Shown here: positions 35,513 through 42,846 of the stretch, in pieces | How the letters are laid out: each line of letters starts with the position of its first letter | Numbering within the stretch: the first letter of the stretch is position 1 | IMG/VR virus record: IMGVR_UViG_3300027769_000049 | Coordinates: 1 to 42,846 of that record | DNA from: a virus | Lineage: Duplodnaviria > Caudoviricetes | Length of the DNA: 42,846 nt | Strand: one strand, 5' to 3' | The notes under the pieces: model-generated | What the model saw: the letters and a program-made list of their open reading frames with translations, nothing else | The model's database searches: none | Told to the model about the DNA's origin: nothing | Position numbers and translations under genes: made by a program

Positions 35513-36022
35513 TCAGCCGTTGGAGGCGGAGAGCTGGGCGACCCCGACCACGAGACGAACCTTGCCGTCAACGGCGTCGGCAATCGCCACCCCGAGGCCG
35601 GTCCCGGCAACGGCGTCACCGGCACCGACCCCCAGGGTGTCACCCTTGGCGGCGGCGGCACAGACGGCCGAGGTCGGCCCGTTGATGACCGCCCAGAACA
35701 CGTCCTCTTCCTTGACCCCGGAGGCGGGGATGTACTCGTCCACCACGGCGGTGAGGGGGTCACCGGCCGCAGCGAGAGCATCGACTTCACCGACGAGGTG
35801 GTTGACCACCTGGCCCGGGAGAAGCGGGGCACCAGACTTGTTCCGAAGGGCCACGCACCGGACGGCCATGTTGGAGAGGAAGTCTCCGCTCACGGCATGG
35901 ACGTCGGTGAAGACCTTCTCGACGCCGACCCAGCGGTCACCGAACTCGGGCGGGTAGACCTTCACGCCCTCGCCAAGGGTGTGACCACGGGAGAACGGCG
36001 GATCGGCAGTAAGCGTACTCAT
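35513..36022 (-). CDS. Putative capsid decoration/cement protein
   Basis: Directly after MCP; Ala/Gly/Val-rich beta-clip-like C-terminus (FWAVINGP...GDTL...GVAI). Confidence 0.6.
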   Translation of the reverse strand: MSTLTADPPFSRGHTLGEGVKVYPPEFGDRWVGVEKVFTDVHAVSGDFLSNMAVRCVALRNKSGAPLLPGQVVNHLVGEVDALAAAGDPLTAVVDEYIPASGVKEEDVFWAVINGPTSAVCAAAAKGDTLGVGAGDAVAGTGLGVAIADAVDGKVRLVVGVAQLSASNG

Positions 36023-36078
36023 CTGGGGAGCTTTCTAGTGGAAGGATATGGTGGTGGAGTCTGGGGTCGGGCCTGGGG

Positions 36079-37200
36079 TCAGGCAACGGCCTTGAGAGCG
36101 AAGAAGTTCCTGGGGGAACGGAATCGTAGGTTTGCCAGGACACTTACGACGTACCGATAGCTCTGGAGTTCCTCGTTGTAGAACGGACCTTCGGGAACCA
36201 TCAGGTTCCCTTCCATGCACCGGAGTTCCATGTTGGCGATGGAGAGACCGTATCCACATCCGTTCGGGACAGCGTATTCCGTGCTGATGTCCACGCCGTC
36301 CTGCTGGAAGACGTCCTTGAAGCCATAGGACCGGAGACCCTCGTTGTTGTTGGCGAGGATCCGTTCCTTGGAATCCAGCTTGTTCATGTACTCGATGTAC
36401 ATCTTGCGATCGATGAGGACCATGTCGATCTGGGATTCCTTCGTGTCGTTCCGCTTGGCTTGGTTGATGCCCTCGCGGACGGCCTGAACGCAGTTCTCCT
36501 GCCAGGTCGGGGTGGTGCCACCCTTGAAGCTGGTGGAGGTGTAGTTGACGATGATCGGGGAGTAGAAGTCGTACTCCGGATCACAGGTGCCGTTTGGCCA
36601 CGAGCTGTTCGAGTGCTGAGACCCGGCCACCGCACCGAGGCCAGTGGCCACCCCGGCGTAGGTGTCGGAGGGCCACGCGAACATGTCCTCGGCGTTGGCC
36701 ACACGCTTGGTGCCGTCGTTGATGTTGACGGTGCCGTCGTAGCCCAGGAACGACTCGACGCCGTGGAACCGGAGGTGGTTGCCCGGCAGGTTGCCGTCCG
36801 TCCAGACCTCGTGGCTCAGGTGCTGCTCCATGGACTCCTGGAGGCGGGAGGCCATCTTGGAAGCGACCTGGATGAGAGCCTGCTGACCACGGTTCTCCAG
36901 CATCTCCTTCTTGTAGATGCTGTCTGTGACCTGGTACCCACGGAATGGGAGTTCGGCATCCACCCAGAGGTTCTGCCTGGCGAACACGCGAGCAGTCTCA
37001 CCGTTGTTCCCAGAAACTGGCTGGTTCCGATACCTGATCTGCCAGTTGATTCCCCTTCCAGATTGATTCATCAGGACGTTGCCTGACCCTTCGAGGGCGG
37101 CAAACACCTTGAACTTCCGGAACGTCGTCAGCTCCTCTTCCTTGAGGTAGTTGATGATCGTGGTGCCGATACTACGAGCCCAGTCTGTGGACGACGGCAT
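36079..37200 (-). CDS. Major capsid protein
   Basis: 373 aa, strong codon bias, follows scaffold; SGRGINWQIRY, EMLENRG, HGVESFL, LRSYGF, LANL...SPR pattern typical of HK97-fold MCPs. Confidence 0.82.
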   Translation of the reverse strand: MPSSTDWARSIGTTIINYLKEEELTTFRKFKVFAALEGSGNVLMNQSGRGINWQIRYRNQPVSGNNGETARVFARQNLWVDAELPFRGYQVTDSIYKKEMLENRGQQALIQVASKMASRLQESMEQHLSHEVWTDGNLPGNHLRFHGVESFLGYDGTVNINDGTKRVANAEDMFAWPSDTYAGVATGLGAVAGSQHSNSSWPNGTCDPEYDFYSPIIVNYTSTSFKGGTTPTWQENCVQAVREGINQAKRNDTKESQIDMVLIDRKMYIEYMNKLDSKERILANNNEGLRSYGFKDVFQQDGVDISTEYAVPNGCGYGLSIANMELRCMEGNLMVPEGPFYNEELQSYRYVVSVLANLRFRSPRNFFALKAVA

Positions 37201-37211
37201 GTCTAAGCCTT

Positions 37212-38330
37212 TCAGATGAGGCCACGGCGTCGGGCATTGTCTTCAAGCATCTGCTCGAAGGACTGCTTCTGCCTTGGGGCCCGGGGGTCGGTGTTGGTGG
37301 TTCCGGCGGATCGACTCGGAGACCGGGAGGCTTCCCTCCTGAGGTACTCCATGTTTTGTCGGGCCACATCCTGGGGAGAAGGCAATGCCTGCTGCTGCGG
37401 AGGGGCTGGTAGTGCTTGCTGCTGCGGAGGAGGGGGAGCGGCCTGTTGTCCTTGGAGGAGGTTCTGGACCAGCGACTGGAGCTGAGCGATCTGGTTCTTC
37501 TGCTCTTCGTACCGCCCGATCAGAACTTCCCGTTCAGTGTTCTTGGTGGCGTAATCCCACAGCTTCTCAACATCCTGGATGCCGATCTGTTTTCCTTCCT
37601 CTATGTACTTATGGACTAGAAACCCTTCAGGCGTCACCTGGTCGGTCTGCTCGTCCACGAGCCAGTCAGCGTTCTCCCGCTCCAGCCTGTTGACGTACTC
37701 TTCACGATCCCTCTTAGCAAGGGTCTTGGTGACGATCTCCTGAGCCTGCTTTGAGGCAAGCTCCTGAACCATGGGGCCCAGGGCTTCCTCGGGGTTCGTG
37801 AGGAACTTCTTGGCGAAGTCGGCCTTGTACTGCTGGTACTCAGCCAGGGAGTGCCGGGCGTCCAGCGGTGCATCCGGGGAGATGACCTCCCGGCCGTTCT
37901 CGTCCTTGACGAGGTACTGCCTGTAGGCCTCCCGGACTTCCGGCGGGTTCCACCACGCCTTCTTCTCGGGCTGGGGAGGGGCTTGCTGCTGATTCCGGGT
38001 CTTCAGCCACTCTTCGTACTGCGGCCTGTCGGCCAGGTACTGCTGGGTGTGCGGCAGGAGTTGCTGGTACTGAGACAGGTGCCGGACGGCGGCCTGCTCC
38101 CGCTGCATCGACTGGTACAAACCCTGAGCGATTTGCTGCTCGTCCATGCCCTGAAACTGGGGCAGGCGGCGGAAGTTCTCCATCACGCCCCAGGGGCTTT
38201 GCGGCTGCTGGGGTGCCTGCTGTGCCGGTGGCTGGTACTGCTGGCCTCCGGTGTCCTGGGATTGAACTTGTTCAGGTGCAGAGCCTGCTTCTTGGGGCTG
38301 GGATTCCTGGCCGATGTTTTCTTCGTCCAT
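37212..38330 (-). CDS. Capsid scaffolding protein
   Basis: Acidic/Q-rich disordered N-terminus, coiled coils, C-terminal SFEQMLEDNARRRGLI helix; AGGAG SD; precedes MCP. Confidence 0.72.
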   Translation of the reverse strand: MDEENIGQESQPQEAGSAPEQVQSQDTGGQQYQPPAQQAPQQPQSPWGVMENFRRLPQFQGMDEQQIAQGLYQSMQREQAAVRHLSQYQQLLPHTQQYLADRPQYEEWLKTRNQQQAPPQPEKKAWWNPPEVREAYRQYLVKDENGREVISPDAPLDARHSLAEYQQYKADFAKKFLTNPEEALGPMVQELASKQAQEIVTKTLAKRDREEYVNRLERENADWLVDEQTDQVTPEGFLVHKYIEEGKQIGIQDVEKLWDYATKNTEREVLIGRYEEQKNQIAQLQSLVQNLLQGQQAAPPPPQQQALPAPPQQQALPSPQDVARQNMEYLRREASRSPSRSAGTTNTDPRAPRQKQSFEQMLEDNARRRGLI

Positions 38331-38380
38331 GACGGTTACTCCTGGGGATTCCTCGATCTCACCATGAGTTGCTTGCCTGA

Positions 38381-38394
38381 CAAACCGTCTTTCA
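38381..38394 (-). promoter_or_regulatory. Conserved motif B, copy 2
   Basis: CAAACCGTCTTTCA on plus strand, 50 nt upstream of the scaffold start. Confidence 0.5.
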
Positions 38395-39693
38395 CCTGTC
38401 TGGTGAGATCAAAGGGGACAGGACTCCTCCCTTGATGTTGTTGTCTCGGATGATCATCTCGGCCTCTCGGCGGCTTGAGTTCGCCCTCTTCCACCAGTTC
38501 TCGGAGTCGTCTTTGACCTTGTCCTCTGACGGGAATCCACCGGCCATCATCTGCATGGCGTTGAAGCCGCCGCCATATGCCAGCTCTTCGCCAAGCTCTC
38601 GCCAGAAGCTGCCGCCGAAAAGCACGGTCGGATCAGTGAATGCGTCGGCAAAAATCGTGGATGCAAGCGAGGCACCGGGGCTCAGGAACTCTCCGGTGTT
38701 CCGGTGGTGGTAAGCCTGAACCGGCATCGACTCCATGGCCCCGGCCATGACGTCCCGGTAGCGGTCGATTTCGTTCTGGGCATCCATTCCCCGGAGGTGG
38801 TCAATGGCCGGAAGGGCCGGGTCTGACTTGAAGACCTGGTTCCCGTTCATGTAAACGTCGGCGGCATTGGCCTGGTGATCGTGACGTCGCTTGCTGTCGT
38901 TGGACAAAAGCCCGGCCAGCGGGCGAATGAAGTACATGAGGGGCTCGGCGTAGACCTGGGCCTGGCCGGACATGCCCATGTCTTCCCGCTCTTCCGCGTT
39001 CTTTTTCTGGAGCTGCGGATGCTCCATGGCCGTGTCGTAGACGGACCTCTGGAATGGCCCGAAGAAGTTGTTGTTGATGTACCCCAGGGGGTTGCCGTTC
39101 GACCTGACGTAGTCCGCGACCCCGGAGTTTTGCTCGAAGTTCGAGGAGCCCCAAGAGCTGGAGTGCTTGGCGTCTTTTCCCCGGTCATACATGTCCAAGA
39201 CACGGGACAAGCCGATGTCATTCCCGGGCATGTTGGCCTGGATGCCTTCAAACAGGTGCCTGGGACGGGACCACTGGAGGCTCTGCTGTGCCCCCGGGGA
39301 GAGCTGGTTGTGGTTCCAGAGCGACCCGAGGACCCCGTTCTCCTTCCGGAACTTCTTGAGCTGGCTCTGCTTCCAGGCTGGACCAGGCCATGTGGACCGA
39401 ATGTCGTCGAAGCCCTGGCGAAAACCCTCAAACTGCTTTCGCTCCTCGGGGTCAAGGATGCTGTCTGCCCGGTAGTTCGGGTCTCCAGCTCTGGCCATGC
39501 CGGACCAGAAGTTCATGGTGTACTCGGGCTTGTCGGACGTCTGCCCGGAAGCCAAATGCTGGGCGATTTCGTCCTGCTTCTCGGGAGAGAGGCCGCTGAT
39601 GTGCGGGTGCCCACGGCTCACCAGGCCACGGATTGCGTCTTTGATCCGGGGGTATTTGTCGGTGTCGTGGAAGCCTGACGTTTCAAACGGCAT
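38392..39693 (-). CDS. Hypothetical, probable internal virion protein
   Basis: 433 aa ORF; DAFTDPTVLFGG echoes GLLTDPLTYVG of the 1261-aa protein. Confidence 0.55.
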   Translation of the reverse strand: MPFETSGFHDTDKYPRIKDAIRGLVSRGHPHISGLSPEKQDEIAQHLASGQTSDKPEYTMNFWSGMARAGDPNYRADSILDPEERKQFEGFRQGFDDIRSTWPGPAWKQSQLKKFRKENGVLGSLWNHNQLSPGAQQSLQWSRPRHLFEGIQANMPGNDIGLSRVLDMYDRGKDAKHSSSWGSSNFEQNSGVADYVRSNGNPLGYINNNFFGPFQRSVYDTAMEHPQLQKKNAEEREDMGMSGQAQVYAEPLMYFIRPLAGLLSNDSKRRHDHQANAADVYMNGNQVFKSDPALPAIDHLRGMDAQNEIDRYRDVMAGAMESMPVQAYHHRNTGEFLSPGASLASTIFADAFTDPTVLFGGSFWRELGEELAYGGGFNAMQMMAGGFPSEDKVKDDSENWWKRANSSRREAEMIIRDNNIKGGVLSPLISPDR

Positions 39694-40711
39694 CGGGGCG
39701 ACCTCCGCTCATGCTGGCTCCCTCAAGGAGGCCCTGAAGGATGAACTGGCCCTTGACCTTCTCCTTGGGGTAGGCGTCCTTGATGCTCCGCTTCATGGTC
39801 GGAACGTCCATGGACCTCGTGCCCTTGAGCGGGCCGAACTTCCTCTCGACTGGGTCCGGCCCGTAGAGGTACTGCCAGTTCGTGGCGTTGGTGTCGATGG
39901 TCTTGGGGGCCTCGTCGAAGACCTGCTCGACGAACTGCTCGGCTTCCTTCATGTTCGTCGGGATTTTGCCGGTCTGCTGGTAGTTCTCGCGGCGAAGCTC
40001 AGAAAGAACATTGGTAAGTTCATTCCTCTTCCTGATGTGGCTGCCCTGCCTAGCGGCGATCCAGATCATCCGCTCCAGCTCTTTCCGGCGGCCCTCGTCG
40101 GTCATGCCGTTGAGCAGCCCTTCGTTCTCCTTCATGAGGCGCTGGTGGTATTCCTGGAAGTCGAACGGCGAGAGCATGTCGTTGTTGAGGTAGTGTTCCC
40201 GCAAGTGGCCGGTTTCGTGAAGAAGCGACCTCAGGTACCCGGGGCGGTAGGTGCTGGCAGGGTTCCAGGGCTTGGGGACTTTGGCCACGCCCCAGAAGTT
40301 CGACCCGGCCACGGTGTTCGCGGCTCCCGGGGTGGCGAAGATTTTCTCGGGCTCGTCAACGTGGAAGATGTAAGCCGGGGAAGTTCCGGCGCTGACCCGT
40401 TCCCATTGCTTGGGCGGTGCAACCGGGCTTCGGTTGGCGTTCATCACCCCCTGGACCTCAGGCCAGAAGTCCCCGTAGGCAGACTCCCGAAGGATCTGGT
40501 CTGGGGTGGTGACTCGAAGCTCGGCGTCTTCGGGGTTCAGCCCGTCGCCGCTGAACGACATGCCCTTGACCAAGTTCGTCCTCGGAGTCACCCCGGCCGG
40601 GCCGTGACTTTTGGCGTACTCGGCAATTGCCTTGAGCCCCTCGCTCGGCCCGCCGACCGCCTTCATGTAGGCGGTTGACGGGGCGGAAAGAGCCTTGGTG
40701 GGGTTGCTCAT
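39683..40711 (-). CDS. Zincin-like metallopeptidase
   Basis: LLHETGH at 40205-40219 with downstream conserved Glu (RNELTNVLSELRR). Confidence 0.65.
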   Translation of the reverse strand: MSNPTKALSAPSTAYMKAVGGPSEGLKAIAEYAKSHGPAGVTPRTNLVKGMSFSGDGLNPEDAELRVTTPDQILRESAYGDFWPEVQGVMNANRSPVAPPKQWERVSAGTSPAYIFHVDEPEKIFATPGAANTVAGSNFWGVAKVPKPWNPASTYRPGYLRSLLHETGHLREHYLNNDMLSPFDFQEYHQRLMKENEGLLNGMTDEGRRKELERMIWIAARQGSHIRKRNELTNVLSELRRENYQQTGKIPTNMKEAEQFVEQVFDEAPKTIDTNATNWQYLYGPDPVERKFGPLKGTRSMDVPTMKRSIKDAYPKEKVKGQFILQGLLEGASMSGGRPDAV

Positions 40712-42006
40712 CCAAGCAGGCTCCTCTTGATGTGGTCTGAGCCAGCCACCTCAAGCATCCTTTGAAGAACTTTCTCCCTCTCGACCCCGGGAAGTGTCAG
40801 GTATTCCTGGACAGTTCCCCTTCCGGCTGTTGGCTCGTGCCCGTCCTTCTGCATCTGCTCGTGGTTCTTGATGTACCAGTGCAGGGCTTCCAGGGCGTCT
40901 TCGTGCGTCCTGACTGGGGTTCCCGTGTAGTGCGTGAACATCCGCCTGATTTCAGCGGTGCGGGCAGAAATCTCCGATGGCTTGGTGACGTAGGCCGAGT
41001 CGATTCCGTTGCGGGACGCTGTTTGGAGCGGGCTGGCGTTGAGGTCGTCCCGGACGGCACCGTGGGTTCTTTCGTGCGTCAGGGTGTCGTGATACCCCCT
41101 GGAGTTCTGCCAGTCTGGGAACTTCTTGGTGTTGAAGTGGATGCTCCCGTACTTGCCGTCCGGCATGTAGTACGCCTGGGCATCTGGGTTTCTCTCGATG
41201 AAGTGGTTCAGGGGATCTTCCCAGTCGTGGGGCTGGGGTCGCAGGTAGTCATCCTTGGTGAACTCACCGAACCCGGCCATGTCGATGTGGGCCGGGCGGT
41301 TCTTTCTCGCCTGGAGAGAGGCCTCGATCTCCCGATCAGCAGCGGCCGGGCTGCCGTAATACGGGATGATGTTCTGCTTGAGGTAGGTCGTCCCGGGATT
41401 CTTGAACCCCGGCTGCGGGCCCTCGTCCATGGGAGGGTTGGGGTCCATCAGTGTCACGGTCGGACGTCGCGGGGCTGACTCCGGGGCTGGCTTGGGGGCC
41501 GGTTTCGGAGCTGGTTTTGGGGCTGGTCCAGGGAACTTGATCGAAGTCGGTGCTGGCTGGGGAGGAGGCGGATCGACGGACAGCTTCGGATCTGCCTTGG
41601 GCTCGATGCCGTTCCGGGCCTGCTCGTTCTTCAGGAGGTTGTTCCGAAGGTCTTCCTCGAACTTCCGGATGCCGCTTTGCTTGATCTTCGGCACAACCGG
41701 AGGAGGGTCGAGCTTTCGGGCGGGCGGCGGCGGGGGCGGCTCTTTCCCGAGCGGGACGGCCGGGGTCATCCGCAGCGGACCCTCGCCCTTCCGATGGGCT
41801 TTCAACGCCTCATCCAGCCGCCCGGCATTCCCCTCCGGGTCACGGTCAGCAATCGGGGGATCCTCGGGTTGGGTGATCCCCTTCTTCTCCAGGGCCCGCT
41901 TTTTGGCCTGCCACCCCACCCCGGCCGGATCGGCAACCATCTGGCCGTCCTTGATGTTGATTCGCTTGTTGTACTTCCCAGGGGTGTTCTCGGGTCCGTA
42001 GGGCAT
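40708..42006 (-). CDS. Zincin-like metallopeptidase with Pro-rich N-terminal half
   Basis: AYY...IHFN strand, LTHERTH at 41062-41076, YVTKPSEISAR third-ligand motif; alternative GTG start 42015. Confidence 0.7.
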   Translation of the reverse strand: MPYGPENTPGKYNKRINIKDGQMVADPAGVGWQAKKRALEKKGITQPEDPPIADRDPEGNAGRLDEALKAHRKGEGPLRMTPAVPLGKEPPPPPPARKLDPPPVVPKIKQSGIRKFEEDLRNNLLKNEQARNGIEPKADPKLSVDPPPPQPAPTSIKFPGPAPKPAPKPAPKPAPESAPRRPTVTLMDPNPPMDEGPQPGFKNPGTTYLKQNIIPYYGSPAAADREIEASLQARKNRPAHIDMAGFGEFTKDDYLRPQPHDWEDPLNHFIERNPDAQAYYMPDGKYGSIHFNTKKFPDWQNSRGYHDTLTHERTHGAVRDDLNASPLQTASRNGIDSAYVTKPSEISARTAEIRRMFTHYTGTPVRTHEDALEALHWYIKNHEQMQKDGHEPTAGRGTVQEYLTLPGVEREKVLQRMLEVAGSDHIKRSLLG

Positions 42007-42032
42007 GTGCGTCACCAGCTACGAGAAAGGGG

Positions 42033-42061
42033 AGGGCTCCTACCTGTTCATGGCATCCCCT
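42033..42061 (-). promoter_or_regulatory. Conserved motif A, copy 3
   Basis: Plus strand AGGGCTCCTACCTGTTCATGGCATCCCCT; shares AGGGCTCCTAC with 28526-28536 and GTTCATGGC with both other copies. Confidence 0.55.
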
Positions 42062-42218
42062 CGCCTGATTTGTGACCCAGCTTGGCGGCAGCCCGACGCT
42101 TCTTCTGGTTCTCAGCGAGCTTGGCTAGACGCAAGGCATACTTCTTAGGGTCCTTCTTCAAGCGTAGATACCAAGCCTTGCAGTAGGCCTTGTTGTCTTC
42201 CGGCGAGTCGGTCGGCAT
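42048..42218 (-). CDS. Small basic protein (56 aa), paralog of upstream gene's N-terminus
   Basis: Hand-translated MPTDSPEDNKAYCKAWYLRLKKDPKKYALRLAKLAENQKKRRAAAKLGHKSGEGMP; below ORF-track cutoff. Confidence 0.7.
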   Translation of the reverse strand: MPTDSPEDNKAYCKAWYLRLKKDPKKYALRLAKLAENQKKRRAAAKLGHKSGEGMP

Positions 42219-42221
42219 GGT

Positions 42222-42734
42222 TCATCCCTTCCAGTGGTTCCGCCACGCTTCCATGAGCTGGTCGGCGGTGAGTGAGACATCCCCTTGAGCAACCGTGGCG
42301 GCATGCTTGCCACCGAGCGGTGTGACTACATGTCGGGTGACTACAGGAACCAGCGGCTCAGTTGACCTGGTCGCCGCCTCGAACTCTGCCTCTGCCCGGG
42401 AGAGCCCGCCGTCGTACTCCATGATGGCGGCACGTTCCTCGTATTCGAGGTCGGTGACTACATCAGGTGTGACTACATCAGGTGTGACTACAGGATCATT
42501 GTCTCTGAGCAGGTCTTCCAAGGCACTGAATGAGCCTCGGGTGACTACATGATCGTGTCTTGTAGTCACCGGGTGACTACATCCGGGGAGTTTTGAGGAT
42601 TTTGAGGATGGATTCTGGAGCCTGGCCCTGCGTTCTCTTTGGTTCTTGGCACGTCGGACCCGGAGAGCGGCGAGCTTCTCGGGGTCTTGCTTGGTCTTCT
42701 GGTAGTAGTCACGGCACTTGCTGGCGTTGCTCAT
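42222..42734 (-). CDS. Basic-helix protein with ERAAIMEYDGGLSRAEAE module, containing repeat array
   Basis: Likely start MSNASK at 42734; repeats translate as VVT; the ERAAIMExDGGL motif is a recurrent small phage domain. Confidence 0.65.
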   Translation of the reverse strand: MSNASKCRDYYQKTKQDPEKLAALRVRRAKNQRERRARLQNPSSKSSKLPGCSHPVTTRHDHVVTRGSFSALEDLLRDNDPVVTPDVVTPDVVTDLEYEERAAIMEYDGGLSRAEAEFEAATRSTEPLVPVVTRHVVTPLGGKHAATVAQGDVSLTADQLMEAWRNHWKG

Positions 42735-42820
42735 GTAGTCACCCTGCTTCGTGTAGTCACACCACGAGTAGTCATCCGGCGTGTAGTCACACCAGTTGTG
42801 CCACAGTTGGGTGACTACAC
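42322..42820. repeat. Array of 9-bp GTGACTACA motifs in both orientations (iteron/packaging-site-like)
   Basis: Forward at 42322, 42337, 42454, 42469, 42484, 42541, 42573, 42811; reverse at 42561, 42734, 42752, 42782; near matches at 42704, 42767. Confidence 0.9.
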
Positions 42821-42833
42821 AAACCGTCATTCA
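42820..42833 (-). promoter_or_regulatory. Conserved motif B, copy 3 (TGAATGACGGTTTG)
   Basis: 13/14 match to the other two copies; abuts the last GTGACTACA repeat. Confidence 0.45.
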
Positions 42834-42846
42834 CGGCGGGGGGGGG

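Larger units (their letters stand above)
1..42846. mobile_element. Tailed phage/prophage genome segment (podovirus-like, possibly temperate)
   Basis: TerL, portal, MCP, scaffold, tail and fibre genes co-oriented; recombinase; no tape measure, sheath or host housekeeping gene recognised. Confidence 0.92.

Noticed and set aside
42322-42820. CRISPR array
   Set aside because: Repeat is only 9 bp, with mixed orientation, irregular spacing and no cas genes.
42735-42830. N-terminal extension of the last ORF (WCDY repeats) as given in the track
   Set aside because: It is simply the translation of the DNA repeats; homology to the 56-aa paralog begins at the 42734 ATG.
42838-42846. Terminal poly-G run
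   Set aside because: At the window edge; may be a sequencing or contig-end artefact and cannot be interpreted.
1-42846. Alternative genetic code
   Set aside because: Genes tile densely with standard stops (TGA, TAA, TAG all used) and conserved proteins are uninterrupted.

Overview
High-GC window carrying an essentially complete morphogenesis arm of a tailed dsDNA phage or prophage with a podovirus-like layout. Almost all real genes are on the minus strand. Reading right to left: a gene filled with 9-bp GTGACTACA repeats and a small paralog; two paralogous HExxH zincin-like proteins; scaffold; major capsid; decoration protein; a membrane/CAP-domain cassette; TerS; TerL; portal; a cluster of collagen/fibre genes; adaptor; nozzle; Q-rich and giant ejection proteins; a lone plus-strand tyrosine recombinase; and a RecE/exonuclease VIII-like gene running off the left edge (missed by the ORF track). 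A Planctomycetota-type host is my inference only. Main points of interest: (1) fibre genes that appear to split one small Trp domain into separate 'socket' and 'plug' halves (4 and 4); (2) a 1791-aa protein with FtsK-gamma-like and excisionase-like HTH modules, in a genome with a Xer-sized recombinase; (3) two recurring intergenic DNA motifs; (4) shared N- and C-terminal peptide tags on putative capsid cargo; (5) an iteron-like array. All family calls come from motif recognition by eye; no searches were run.
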